This document shows positions 1-10,397 of a stretch of DNA of 64,000 nucleotides, piece by piece. The stretch covers positions 160,001 through 224,000 of the forward strand of contig CAVXYC010000014.1 in NCBI GenBank assembly GCA_963765765.1, in the 5' to 3' direction. Both the position numbers and the translations under genes were made by a program. How positions within the stretch are numbered: position 1 is the first letter of the stretch; the number at the start of each line of letters is the position of its first letter. Under the pieces are notes generated by a model that saw nothing but the letters and a program-made list of their open reading frames with translations, was not told the origin of the DNA and ran no database searches. Origin of the DNA: an uncultured Chloroflexia bacterium (lineage in GTDB: Bacteria; Chloroflexota; UBA6077; JACCZL01).

Positions 1-1527
1 AACGTGCGAGGCGGATTGAACCAAGGGCCCCGACTCGTCAATGGCACCGTTCTCGAGTAATCGCGCCTGCACGCGATTGTATGAGCGAGCGTCCAGCCCC
101 AGACGAGTCCGCAGCTCCTCCCTGGGCATACCTGAACGGAGTGGGTACGTTTCATGATATTGATTGAGTACGGCGGCGGCCCGGCTGGCGAGAAGCTCCC
201 ACCCTGAGCGGCTTATCAGCAGTGTAGATGGCAGCAGTCCCGCATCGACGCTGTCCAATGCGAACACGTCACCGGACTTGATCAGGTCCGCGACAACGCT
301 CCGAGCATCCTCCGCGGCGAGGCCAGCGCGCGATAGCACATCACGGAGCTCAGCGGGCTCTCGTGATCGCAGCTGCTGCAGCACGATGTCTTCGGGCGCT
401 CCCAGCTCGAGAACCTGCAGGCGCTCCAGGACGGGCTCTTGAAAACGGCGATGGCGCCGCGCGTGCGGCTCAATGATCACCCCGCCCCCAACGGTTTGCG
501 CAGGCGTGAGCAAGCGCACCACAAAGAGATCTCCCTTGCCCACAGCGACGGGCCGCTTGAGCCGAATCTGGGCCATGCCATCATCGCCTGGAGACAGCTC
601 GTTTGAGTCCAGCAGGGCAACCTTCCCAACAGACTCGGAGCTTCCTGTGTGAAACGTGATCTCATCGTTGTGGCGCAGATTGCGAGCTCCCTGGCGGACC
701 ATCTTGAGACGCACGTCTAGGAGTCGCGTCGCCGTGAGCGCACCCGGTGCGGACAGGACCTCGCCCCGCTCGAGCTCATCAGTACTAACCGCGGAGATAT
801 TCACCGCGACGCGCGTGCCAGCCGGCGCTGAGTCCACCTTGTGCTTATGCGATTGCAGGCCGCGTACTCGCGCACGCAATCCGCTTGGTACGATCTCCAG
901 CTCATCACCTCGATGCAGAGCTCCATCAATGAGCGTTCCGGTCACTACAGTGCCAAAACCCGCAACCGTAAACACTCGATCGATCGGCAACCGGGGAGCT
1001 CCCGAGCTAGGTCTGGTCCGTTCCTGAGCTAGAAGCGAGTCGAGCGTCGAGGTGAGGACGTCAAGCCCCGCTCCGGTAGTCGACGAGACCGGAATCAACG
1101 GCGCATGGTCGAGAGATGAGCCCTTCAGGCCTTCCTCGATCTCGGCGAGCACGAGGTCGAGCCAATCAGGCTCCACCAGGTCGGTCTTGGTGACGGCCAC
1201 CACGCCGGTGGAGATATTCAACAGATCAAGGATGTCAACATGCTCGCGGGTCTGGGGCATGATGCCCTCATCGGCGGCAATGACAAGAAGGGCGATGTCG
1301 ATACCGCCGACACCGGCGAGCATGTTATGAACGAATCGCTCATGCCCTGGCACGTCCACAATGCTGACCTCCATGCCGCTTGGCAATCGTAGCCAGGCGA
1401 AGCCAAGGTCGATTGTCATGCCCCGCTCTTTCTCCTCGCGCAACCGATCCGGATCGATTCCGGTCAATGCGCGGATAAGAGTGGACTTGCCATGATCTAC
1501 GTGGCCGGCCGTTCCAATGACTCGCAA
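1..1527 (-). CDS. selB: Selenocysteine-specific translation elongation factor SelB (3' end runs off the window; absent from the ORF track)
   Basis: Reverse strand from TTG at 1527 reads [46 protein letters not shown]...VDVPGHERF; lies directly downstream of selA. Confidence 0.95.
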   Translation of the reverse strand, partial: MRVIGTAGHVDHGKSTLIRALTGIDPDRLREEKERGMTIDLGFAWLRLPSGMEVSIVDVPGHERFVHNMLAGVGGIDIALLVIAADEGIMPQTREHVDILDLLNISTGVVAVTKTDLVEPDWLDLVLAEIEEGLKGSSLDHAPLIPVSSTTGAGLDVLTSTLDSLLAQERTRPSSGAPRLPIDRVFTVAGFGTVVTGTLIDGALHRGDELEIVPSGLRARVRGLQSHKHKVDSAPAGTRVAVNISAVSTDELERGEVLSAPGALTATRLLDVRLKMVRQGARNLRHNDEITFHTGSSESVGKVALLDSNELSPGDDGMAQIRLKRPVAVGKGDLFVVRLLTPAQTVGGGVIIEPHARRHRRFQEPVLERLQVLELGAPEDIVLQQLRSREPAELRDVLSRAGLAAEDARSVVADLIKSGDVFALDSVDAGLLPSTLLISRSGWELLASRAAAVLNQYHETYPLRSGMPREELRTRLGLDARSYNRVQARLLENGAIDESGPLVQSASHV

Positions 1528-1590
1528 GATCCAGTTACTCCCCGGCCAGCAGCGAAGCACGAAGAAGGTGAACGGTGGCCGGCAAGATCG

Positions 1591-2970
1591 CTAGTCTCCG
1601 CCGATGCCGATTATTGCCTGAACGATCTCACCGTCCTCAGACGGATCAACGGTTCGTAGATCAAGCACGACTTTGTCGTCTTCGATTCGTCCAACAATGG
1701 AGGGACTCCTCCGACGCAGGCGTCCGGCAAGCTCGGTGGCGCCCATCCCGGGTACTGAGATGCGGATTAGTCGAGTAGGAAGCGTCTCCTCCGGAAGCGC
1801 TCCACCACCGATCGCCGTCCGACCATCGCTCACCTCGGCTCGAACACTGGCGCTCGGACACGCCGCCAGAATGCCGTCGGCGCGCCCCTGAAGCTCGGAA
1901 ACTGTCGTTGAGATCATTCGCCAGACCGGAATGGAACGCGTCGCGCTCCCGTCTATGTATTCAGTAAGCGTTGCCGCCAACGCCGCGATCGTGAGCTTGT
2001 CCGGCCGTAGGGCGCGCATGAGAGGGTGACGTTTGAGTCGCTGTACGAGATCCGCCCGACCCACGACGATGCCGGCCTGTGGGCCGCCCAGCAGCTTGTC
2101 ACCGGAGAAGCACACCAGGTCTACTCCCGCCGCTATTGAAGCCTGAACCGTTGGCTCCGTGGGTACTCCAAAAGGCGCGCTGTCGATCAATGAGCCACTG
2201 CCAAGGTCCTCAATCACCGGAATATCGTGCGATCTGGAAATACTCACGAGCTCCTCGAGTGTCGGTCGGTGCGTGAAGCCAATGACCCGAAAGTTACTCG
2301 AATGTACGCGCATAACCGCAGCCGTATCAGGTCCCACGGCTGATGCATAGTCGTGCGCGTACGTACGATTCGTGGTGCCCACTTCGACAAGTCGCGCGCC
2401 GCTCTGCTCCAGAACGTCTGGGATGCGAAACCCGCCGCCAATCTCTACGAGCTCGCCCCGCGAAATGACGACCTCGTGGCCGGCAGCAAGCGCTGCGAGG
2501 ACCAGCAGAACAGCGGCAGCATTGTTATTGACGACCACACTCGCGGGAGCCCCGGTAAGGCGTGCCAGCAACTCACCACAATGCTCATGGCGGGAGCCAC
2601 GGCGTCCAGGCTCCAGCTCGTATTCCAGGTTTGAATAACCTCGCCCGGCTTCCTGGACGGCATTCAATGCTCGAGTCGAGAGCGGCGCTCGCCCCAGGTT
2701 TGTATGAATGATCACACCGCTCGCGTTGATTACCTGCCGAAGACGCGATCGGATCGTGCCTTCTTTGCGTCTCCCTAGCTCAAGGGCGAGTGACTCCAGC
2801 GATGGAGCAGGCTCTCCCAGGCGAATTCTCGCCCGAGCAGACTCGAGCACCTCGCGAGCCAGCGCGACATCGATTGGGTGGGCCTGACCGTTGCCAGACC
2901 CATTGAGCCCCGCGGCAATGAGGCGCTCAACACTAGGCAGAGATCGGAGCGCGTCGGAGACAGCCACCAT
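1591..2970 (-). CDS. selA: L-seryl-tRNA(Sec) selenium transferase
   Basis: Motifs VINASGVIIHTNLGRAPL, VVNNNAAAV, SRGELVEIGGGFRIP, FSGDKLLGGPQAG. Start placed at ATG 2970 (MVAVSDALRSLPSV); ORF track extends to 3027. Confidence 0.96.
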   Translation of the reverse strand: MVAVSDALRSLPSVERLIAAGLNGSGNGQAHPIDVALAREVLESARARIRLGEPAPSLESLALELGRRKEGTIRSRLRQVINASGVIIHTNLGRAPLSTRALNAVQEAGRGYSNLEYELEPGRRGSRHEHCGELLARLTGAPASVVVNNNAAAVLLVLAALAAGHEVVISRGELVEIGGGFRIPDVLEQSGARLVEVGTTNRTYAHDYASAVGPDTAAVMRVHSSNFRVIGFTHRPTLEELVSISRSHDIPVIEDLGSGSLIDSAPFGVPTEPTVQASIAAGVDLVCFSGDKLLGGPQAGIVVGRADLVQRLKRHPLMRALRPDKLTIAALAATLTEYIDGSATRSIPVWRMISTTVSELQGRADGILAACPSASVRAEVSDGRTAIGGGALPEETLPTRLIRISVPGMGATELAGRLRRRSPSIVGRIEDDKVVLDLRTVDPSEDGEIVQAIIGIGGD

Positions 2971-3081
2971 GGTGAGATGATGATACTCCGCATGCCGAAC
3001 AGCCGAGAGAGACCAACGAGACATCAAGAACTACTGGGACACCGGATACGTCCCAACAGTCTTGGTGTGCCTTACGTCCCT

Positions 3082-4377
3082 TTACGGTGTCTCAGAGGCG
3101 GCTGTGCTCACCGGTACCACGCTCCAGGTTCCATTTGAGCGCAACAGGTAAGCCATGCGCCCAAGCGTTACTGCGGTGCCCTGTTCTCGGTGCTGCACCA
3201 GAGCCGATGAGACTCGCGCCTCGTACACCGCCCAGCCCAGCGCGGTGCGTACAGACGGCACGCCTTTCCAGACAGCCGCGAACGTGCCGCTCGGAGCCAG
3301 CGCTCCCGGTGGAGGAGGCAAACTTGCGTCAGCCTGCACATCACTCAGTCGAGCCGTAGGTTGGGCGAATGACTCCCAGGTGCCTCGGCCTCGTTGCAAG
3401 ACCAGCGTCTGTGATGAGTCCCCAATGCGAACCATCACTCCACCCTGGAATGCCTGCTCCAGCACACGCATCGTTTGATATGGAGCCTGCAAGGCTCCCA
3501 GAGCCTCACCTGTGAGCGTAGACGCGGGAGAGACTTCCACCGCTGGTTGGACGGGATTTGCACGCGAGGAAGGCCACTTGCGCGTCTGCGGCACCAGAAC
3601 CGCGGTGTCGACGTTTGTTCCCGCTACAGAAGGCACGCTTGCAATGCCCGCGATCGAAACATCCGTCACTTTAGACCTGGTGGTCGAATCCGATTGCGCG
3701 GCTGTCGTCGACGGCTCGCCTCGGGGTGAGCCAAGCTCCCCGGTGACGTCTGCCAGGCTCGCGGGCGCGGTGACGAAGCTCACGACCGCGGGATTCTTCA
3801 GCCGGCGCCCGTCAACATCCAGCACGGATTCAACGGCCACTGTGTAGCTCTGGCCCGGCTCAAATGCACGATCAGGCTCAATGCGAAGCGCATTTCCATC
3901 CACTGAGACCCGCACGGGCAAGGCAGGATCAACCGTCACCGTCACACCGCGGGCACCGGGCATGAGCTCACGATCGAACCAGAGCTCGACGGGCCCGTTT
4001 GGCGCAACGCGATTGGCGCCGGTCATTGGTGAGGTCGCTGTTACCGCGAGCTGGGGCGATGGTTCCCCGCGTGGCGCTAAGAACGCGGCGCCGGCGAGAA
4101 CACCGACTACACTCAGGGGCACGCCCACGGCGATTGGAAGCCAACGGAGAGTCGAGTGACGACGGCGCTCTTGGATGCGCGCCTCTACGTTTCGCCCGAG
4201 CTGAGCCGGCGCACGCCGAATTGGCGCGTCCCGAAGTTCGAATCGAAGGCGCCTATACCGCTCGAGCTGCTGGGTGCAGTCGTCGCAGCTTGCGACGTGC
4301 ACCTCTAACGCATGGCGATCATCCGCCTTCAGTTCGTTATCGAGATACGCAGAGAGAAGCGCGCGATTGCACTTCAT
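3082..4377 (-). CDS. Zinc-binding anti-sigma factor (zf-HC2, TM helix, Ig-like Big_5 domain, extracytoplasmic C-terminal module)
   Basis: N-terminal C..LSAYLDNEL...HVASCDDC ZAS motif, hydrophobic helix, then SPMTGANRVAPNGPVELWFD...YTVAV...VLDVDG...SFVT Ig-like pattern; overlaps the ECF sigma stop. Confidence 0.8.
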   Translation of the reverse strand: MKCNRALLSAYLDNELKADDRHALEVHVASCDDCTQQLERYRRLRFELRDAPIRRAPAQLGRNVEARIQERRRHSTLRWLPIAVGVPLSVVGVLAGAAFLAPRGEPSPQLAVTATSPMTGANRVAPNGPVELWFDRELMPGARGVTVTVDPALPVRVSVDGNALRIEPDRAFEPGQSYTVAVESVLDVDGRRLKNPAVVSFVTAPASLADVTGELGSPRGEPSTTAAQSDSTTRSKVTDVSIAGIASVPSVAGTNVDTAVLVPQTRKWPSSRANPVQPAVEVSPASTLTGEALGALQAPYQTMRVLEQAFQGGVMVRIGDSSQTLVLQRGRGTWESFAQPTARLSDVQADASLPPPPGALAPSGTFAAVWKGVPSVRTALGWAVYEARVSSALVQHREQGTAVTLGRMAYLLRSNGTWSVVPVSTAASETP

Positions 4378-4943
4378 ACCGTTGGCGCCGGCTCCACTGT
4401 ATGGTAGACCTGCCGAAACTCTTCACGTGCGCGGAAGAGCAGCGACTTCACGGCTGAGCGAGTGGTGCCCATCACTTCGGCGATTTCCTGGCAGGAAAGC
4501 CCGTCATACTCCCTCAGTACCAGGCACATGCGGTACTTCGGTGAGAGTTTTTCCAGCACAATCTGTACCAGCTCTCGGGATTCCTGCCGAACAGCATCCT
4601 GTTCGGGATTATCACGAGCCACTTGACGTGGGTGAAAGATCGATGTGAACAGATCCCACGGCTCCCAGCGGATAAGCTTCTTACGACGAAGCTGGTCCAT
4701 GCACAGGTTCGTGGCGATTCGATAGAGCCACGGTCCCACCTTTAGCTCACCACGAATCTTGGGAAGCGCGGCGTACGCGCGCAGGAAAGTCTCCTGGGTG
4801 AGATCATTCGCATCTTCGGCATTGCCCATGAACCGATAAACGCAGTTGTAAATGCGATCCTGATACTCATCGAAGATCGCGTGGAAGGCGGCGTCGTCCA
4901 CCTCGTGGGCACGTTCGAGGACGAGGACGTCTCCAACGGTCAT
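4374..4943 (-). CDS. ECF RNA polymerase sigma-70 factor
   Basis: DANDLTQETFLRAY, WLYRIATNLCMD (region 2); LREYDGLSCQEIAEVMGTTRSAVKSLLFRAR (region 4); GGAGGTG RBS. Confidence 0.93.
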   Translation of the reverse strand: MTVGDVLVLERAHEVDDAAFHAIFDEYQDRIYNCVYRFMGNAEDANDLTQETFLRAYAALPKIRGELKVGPWLYRIATNLCMDQLRRKKLIRWEPWDLFTSIFHPRQVARDNPEQDAVRQESRELVQIVLEKLSPKYRMCLVLREYDGLSCQEIAEVMGTTRSAVKSLLFRAREEFRQVYHTVEPAPTV

Positions 4944-4975
4944 GGTCTTCCACCTCCAGAGCTTCCGCCCATTTG

Positions 4976-5000
4976 AACGGTTGCTGAAATCGCCGGTTGC
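4976..5000 (-). promoter_or_regulatory. Putative autoregulatory ECF-type promoter
   Basis: Minus strand GCAAC-N17-GTT about 33 nt upstream of the ECF sigma start, matching the AAC/CGT-GTT pattern of ECF promoters. Confidence 0.5.
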
Positions 5001-5300
5001 GTCTCTAGCTCGGCGCGTGCGGTCATTCTAGAAACAATGGTTGGGGGGCGCAATAGGTCTCACGGGGAAGAATCTGGCTAGTTCCTGAACGATTCCTGGG
5101 GGCACGTGAAGGTAAGGCGGGCGGGAGATCATCCGCAAACCCAATTGGCCGGAGCATCCCCCACGTCATTCCTTGGTTGTCAGGCTTGTCCAGCGGGCTG
5201 AAAGTCGGCAGTTTCGATCGCTCGGCGCATGCTTCGCTGAGCCAATAAATCTCGGATTTCCGACCCCCGTGTGGTATTCTCGCGAACGGAGGGGTCTTCA

Positions 5301-6757
5301 ATGATTCGCCGGAAGCGGCTCAGCTTCGTCCTCGATCTCCTTACGTTATTCATCCTTGTTTCGTCGCTGATTGCTGGCGGCGCCTGGCATACCTCCAGTA
5401 CGGCAGCCTACGCTGCGCCTCGAGAGAGCGATCTTTCACTCGAGTCCACACGCCAGGCATATGAGCTGCTCCTGGATCGATTCGTTTATCCAATCGAGCC
5501 CAGTGCCCTTCTGAGCGCCGCGTGGCAGGGCGCTGTGCCAGCGCTGAATGAAGCCCACAGTACCGTCGACCTCAGTCCCCCCGATTTTTCGGGAGCCGGT
5601 TTGATGCCTGGAAAATGTTCAGTGATCGAATCAACGAGGCCTGGGCCAACAGTGACGGCCTGGATCAGCAATCTCGTCTGACCTTCCCAATGATGCAGGC
5701 CATGGCGAAGGTTGCCAATGAAGGACACACTGCGTTTCGAACGCCCAACGAGTACCAGGACTATCTTTCCTGGCAGCGAAACGACGAGCGCTATGAAGGC
5801 ATTGGCGTGAGCTTCCGCGGCAAGAACTACGTCATCCTCGAAGTGTTTCCCGGTAGTCCTGCCGAAGCCGCGGGCTTACGATCCGGCGACCAGATTGTTG
5901 GCGCCGATGGATTCGATCTTACCGGTACGGAGCTGGAGGAAGGACGCCGGCGGATTCGGGGCCCGGCCGGAACTGAAGTGGAGCTCCTCATAAAGAGAGC
6001 ATCCGCGAACGCGCCGTTCCGAGTGGTCATTCCGCGAGCGCAGATCAAGATCGAAGCCGTTCGATCACAGTTGCTGGAGAGCAATCCCAGCATCGCGAAA
6101 GCGGCTGGGATGCCGAATGTCGAGCCCGCGCGCAAGGATATCGGCTACCTGAGAATCGTGGGCTTTCCAAGTCCGTCCGTTGAGACGGATGTAGATCGAG
6201 TGCTCCAGGAGTTCGACCAGGCAGGGATCAAGGCAATGATTCTTGACCTGCGCGGCAATGGCGGCGGTCGGCTGGATGTAGGTATCAAGATTGCCAGCAA
6301 ATTCATCCAGGACGGTCAGCTATTCGAACAGATGTCACGCGAAGGTCGACAGCGGACGGTTGGTACCGTGGGCGGTTTCTGGAAACATCCGGTGCCCATT
6401 GCGGTGCTCATCGATGGAGGCACCGCCTCCATGGGTGAAATCCTGGCATCAGCGATGCACGAGAACGGCGTGGCCACACTCTTTGGTGTGAAGACGGCCG
6501 GCGTTGTGTCGGCCGCGCAGGTGTTTCCTCTGGTGGACGGAGCCGGACTTCAAGTGACGATTCTGGAAATCCGTTCCAGTGAAGGCCAAAAGATCAACGA
6601 AGTAGGCGTCTCGCCCGACGTCTCCGTTGAGTTCGCGCCGACCGACGCTGACAGTGGCGAGGACCCCCAAATACAGCGTGCGCTGTATTGGCTCCAGACT
6701 CATCCGGGCTACCTGAGCCCCAACACCGCTAACGCTCAGGAAGCAGGCGCCCACTAG
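5301..6757 (+). CDS. S41 family C-terminal processing peptidase with PDZ domain (frameshift near 5600-5615)
   Basis: Signal-like N-terminus in ORF 5271-5681 continues in ORF 5615-6757 with GIGV, GSPAEAAGLRSGDQI, LDLRGNGGG, TASMGEILA; GGAGGGG RBS before ATG 5301. Confidence 0.88.
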
Positions 6758-6775
6758 TCAGCGTCTAGCAGTCGT

Positions 6776-7246
6776 TCAACGACCTGCCAGCCGCCGAGCG
6801 CGACGCTCGGCGGCTTCTGCAAACTCTCGCCGCTCTTCGTCATTAACAAGCTCTAGCGGCGGGACGCTCATTGGATGCCCATCCTCGCCAATCCCCGCAA
6901 ACACCAGGAATGCCGTGGATACGCGCCTCCGTTGGCCCGTACGAGGATCTTCCGCATCGATAATGACTTCCGTTTCCATGCTGGTTCGCCCCACCCACGT
7001 CATGTGCGCATCTAGCAGGAGAAGGTCACCCACGTAAACCGGCTCAAGAAAGGTCATGGAGTCAACGACGACCGTGACGACCCGGCCGCCGGCATGCCGA
7101 ATGGCCACGATGGCGCCGGCCGTGTCCGCGAGCTTCATCAAGGTCCCGCCGTGCACATTGCCCGTCACGTTCGCATCGGTGGGCTGCATGAGCTGCGCAA
7201 GCTGGACGCGAGTTTCGGAAATGTGTCGTGCTGCTACGTCTGTCAT
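6776..7246 (-). CDS. Acyl-CoA thioesterase (hotdog fold, YciA-like)
   Basis: MQPTDANVTGNVHGGTLMKLAD...VTVVVDSMTFLEPV...VGRTSME; start placed at MTDVAAR. Confidence 0.9.
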   Translation of the reverse strand: MTDVAARHISETRVQLAQLMQPTDANVTGNVHGGTLMKLADTAGAIVAIRHAGGRVVTVVVDSMTFLEPVYVGDLLLLDAHMTWVGRTSMETEVIIDAEDPRTGQRRRVSTAFLVFAGIGEDGHPMSVPPLELVNDEERREFAEAAERRARRLAGR

Positions 7247-7408
7247 CGATCGACGCCTCTCAAAATCACGGCCGGATTGTACGCGGCGTGGGATCGCGGG
7301 CGTCCCACCCGTCCCGATCAATTTCGCACCATTACCGTTGAATCGCATGGAGTGCACGGTGAAACGGGCATCCCGCCCAATACGGTTCAGTGAAGCGATG
7401 GAGGGACC

Positions 7409-7484
7409 GGTGGGACAGTAGTCTCGACTGTCCTGAGACTGACGAATGGATCGGGGACTGGACAGTCGAGACGACTGTCCCACC
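7409..7484. repeat. REP-like inverted doublet
   Basis: GGTGGGACAGTAGTCTCGACTGTCC ... GGACAGTCGAGACGACTGTCCCACC, 25-bp arms with one mismatch, each arm internally palindromic. Confidence 0.75.
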
Positions 7485-7583
7485 TATTCACGGGCGATCT
7501 CCTGGCTTAACTGAACCGTATTGCGTGGCTCACCTGTCCGCTGTGCGGGACGCCCGCGGTCCCAGGACCCGTACAATCCGGCC

Positions 7584-8313
7584 GTGGTTGGCACGATTAT
7601 CAACGTTGTCGCGGTCCTCATCGGGGCGACTCTAGGCATGCTGCTGGGCGATCGACTCAGTCCGAAGCTGCGCGCCACGGCAATGGACGGTCTGGGTCTT
7701 GTTGTTCTGGTGATTGGACTGCAGTCGGCTCTTACCACTCACAACGTGCTCATTGTGCTCGCGAGCGTCGTGGTGGGAGGCGCAGTTGGCGCCCGGCTGG
7801 ATATTGAAGCCGGAATCGAGGCTCTCGGGCAGCATCTCGAAAAGCGATTCGCGCCCGCGACTGATCAAGCGACGTCGCGCTTCAGCAAGGGTTTCTTGAC
7901 GGCTAGTCTTGTGTTCTGTGTGGGGCCCATGACGATCCTGGGCTCCATTCAAGACGGGCTTACCGGCGATTTTCGGACACTCGCGGTGAAGTCGCTGCTC
8001 GACTTCTTCGCTGCCGTTGCGTTCGCCTCCACCCTTGGCATCGGTGTCATGTTCTCAGCCTTGACCGTACTTCTGTATCAGGGCGGCCTCACTCTCCTTG
8101 CCTCAGGCACACGTGAGTGGCTCACAGATCCCATGATTCGTGAGATGAGCGCTGTGGGCGGCGTGCTCATCATGGGGATCGGTGTTCGGCTACTCGAGCT
8201 AAAGCCCGTGGCCGTCGGAAACTTACTGCCCGGCTATTGTTTTAGCACCGCTTCTTCAACTCATTGCAGGCGATTGGTTGGATACGCTGCTCCGGAGCAG
8301 CGTATCCCCCTGA
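7584..8313 (+). CDS. DUF554 (YdfK-like) membrane protein (frameshift near 8230)
   Basis: GTIINVVAVLIG, GFLTASLVFCVGPMTILGSIQDGLTGD, KSLLDF, NLLP; the shifted frame gives AIVLAPLL...SVSP-TGA at 8311-8313. Confidence 0.88.
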
Positions 8314-8319
8314 TCCAGG

Positions 8320-9099
8320 CTACGAGACCGTGTATGTGCGCTTTTCGCGTGCCAACGTTACTTGACCCGCGAAGTTGGATCGCGCCTGTTCAAGTACGGC
8401 ATGAAAATCCTGAATGTCGGTGCGGAAGTGCGTCAGGATCAGGCGGCGTACTCCCGCTCTTTGCGCGATCTGGGCTGCTTCAGCCGGGGTGAGGTGTCCG
8501 CGCTCGTCGGAGTTAGGTGCGTCGTCGGCGCGAGTCGTCAGAGCGGCTTCGCAAAGTAATGCTCCCGCGCCCTTGGCCGCCTTCACCAGCTCGTCGCACG
8601 GCGCGCTATCGCCGGAGAACACGAAGCCGTCCCCAATATCGCATCGCAAGGCATGCGACGCGATATAGTGCTGCACTCGGCTGGCCCTAAACGAGATAGT
8701 GCCGATGGTGAAGCTCTCATCGGTCGGATACTCATGGAGCTGGAATGTCTCGCTAAAGAACTTCGGCTCGCCATTCAGCGCTTGCGCAAAGTTGCTGAGG
8801 TACTCAATGCAGCCCGGGGGAACGAAGACTGGAAGAGGTATTCCACCACGGAGTCTTCCGTAACGGAGGCCATAGCAAAGCGGTACGAGATCAAGAAAAT
8901 GGTCGCCGTGGACGTGGGAGATCACCACAGCGCTGAGCTGATCGATCGCTAACACCGCGCGCAACCGGCCAAACGTGCCCGAGCCCGCCTCGATCTGCAC
9001 AGCCGTGGGACCCTGGCGCAGGAGGTACCCTGAGCCTGCACCGCCCGGGTTCGTCCACGCCGGACTTGACCCAAGAATCGTGAGCTTGGCCGGCTCCAC
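8320..9099 (-). CDS. MBL-fold metallo-hydrolase (RNase Z/BN-like)
   Basis: LTILGSSPAW..PGGAGSGYL, ISHVHGDH, FSGDS, GHLTP, LILTH; start uncertain (up to 9171). Confidence 0.85.
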   Translation of the reverse strand: MEPAKLTILGSSPAWTNPGGAGSGYLLRQGPTAVQIEAGSGTFGRLRAVLAIDQLSAVVISHVHGDHFLDLVPLCYGLRYGRLRGGIPLPVFVPPGCIEYLSNFAQALNGEPKFFSETFQLHEYPTDESFTIGTISFRASRVQHYIASHALRCDIGDGFVFSGDSAPCDELVKAAKGAGALLCEAALTTRADDAPNSDERGHLTPAEAAQIAQRAGVRRLILTHFRTDIQDFHAVLEQARSNFAGQVTLAREKRTYTVS

Positions 9100-9269
9100 T
9101 GGCGCATTCCTCCGAGAGCCGCCCGTCCAGAGCGGTTCCATACGATAGCCGGAGGCAGCCTCGCGACTCAAGTCACTCGGGGTTCAGAGATGAGACGCGA
9201 GAGCCGGAGGGCAGGGCAGACTGTCACCAGCCCTCCGTCCCAATGCTAGACTTGCCGCGGGAGAGGGCA

Positions 9270-9779
9270 ATGACCTGGACTGACATCGCGTTTGATTGCC
9301 TCAAAGAGCAGCGGCTCGAGACGATCGTTTACGTTCCCGATATCGTGCTAGCGGACCTCATAAACCGGGTCGAGGCAGACTCCTACTTCACGGCCATTAG
9401 CCCCACGCGGGAAGAGGAAGGCGTAGGAATTATCTGCGGCGCCTTTCTCGGCGGTAGGCGGGGCGTCTTAATGATGCAGAACAGCGGCATAGGAAATGCC
9501 GCGAACGCCATTGCCGGCCTTGTTACACCGTGCCAAATACCATTCATCATGGTGATCAACCCGCGGGGCGATCTGGGCGAGTTCAATCCGGCGCAAGTGG
9601 GTATGGGTCAGGCCCTGCGCCCAGTTCTGGACGGACTCGGCATCCAGCATTTCACCGTGGAGCAAGAAGACGCCTTAGCACCCACTTTGACGGGTGCATC
9701 CAAACTGGCATTTTCTACCGATCGCCCGGTCGCCGTGATCCTCTCGCCACTACTCACCGGAGGAAAAACGGCACCATGA
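9270..9779 (+). CDS. Sulfopyruvate/phosphonopyruvate decarboxylase alpha subunit-like (ComD-like)
   Basis: YVPD, TREEEGVGIICGAFLGG, MQNSGIGN, RGDLGEFNPAQ. Confidence 0.82.
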   Translation: MTWTDIAFDCLKEQRLETIVYVPDIVLADLINRVEADSYFTAISPTREEEGVGIICGAFLGGRRGVLMMQNSGIGNAANAIAGLVTPCQIPFIMVINPRGDLGEFNPAQVGMGQALRPVLDGLGIQHFTVEQEDALAPTLTGASKLAFSTDRPVAVILSPLLTGGKTAP

Positions 9780-10366
9780 TGAACCGTCAGGAGGCCGTTG
9801 CCGCCCTCACCGAGATTCTGGACGATGCGATCGTGGTGACAGGCCTGGGTAACGTTGCTCTGGATCTCTTCGTCGCCGCCGAGCGACCGCTAAATTTCTA
9901 CACTTCGGGGGCCATGGGAACGGCGATCTCGATTGCGTTTGGATTGGCCGTGGCACAACCGGATCGAAGAGTCATCTGCCTGGAAGGCGATGGCTCCTTA
10001 TTGATGAACCTGGGCTGCCTCGCCACCATTGGCAAGTATCAGCCAGCGAATCTCACCTGCCTCATTTTCGACAACGAGCTCTATCAGATCACGGGCGGGC
10101 AGCCGACACACACCGGTGCCACTACCGATCTGGCCGCCGTGGCAAGGGGATGCGGTGTGGAGCAGGCTGCCGCGGTGACCACCGCTCTAGAGCTACGCAA
10201 CGAGCTTGGGCGAACCGTTGACAGATCCGGTCCGCACATCGTGGTGGCTAAAGTCGACACGCAGCTCGCGAACGGCTTCTTACCGCGAAAGGGCATTCTG
10301 TATAAGTATCGGCTGATGCACGCCCTTGGCACCGCTCCGGATACGGACACGATCGTCTGGAGCTAG
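9776..10366 (+). CDS. Sulfopyruvate/phosphonopyruvate decarboxylase beta subunit-like, TPP-binding (ComE-like)
   Basis: NFYTSGAMG, EGDGSLLMNLG, DNELYQITGGQPT; ATGA overlap with the alpha subunit. Confidence 0.82.
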   Translation: MMNRQEAVAALTEILDDAIVVTGLGNVALDLFVAAERPLNFYTSGAMGTAISIAFGLAVAQPDRRVICLEGDGSLLMNLGCLATIGKYQPANLTCLIFDNELYQITGGQPTHTGATTDLAAVARGCGVEQAAAVTTALELRNELGRTVDRSGPHIVVAKVDTQLANGFLPRKGILYKYRLMHALGTAPDTDTIVWS

Positions 10367-10397
10367 CGCGAGTAACGAGTAAATTCTTGCCCGTTGG

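Noticed and set aside
1-3100. tRNA-Sec (selC) or selD near selAB
   Set aside because: No cloverleaf with a UCA anticodon and no SelD motif was seen in the window
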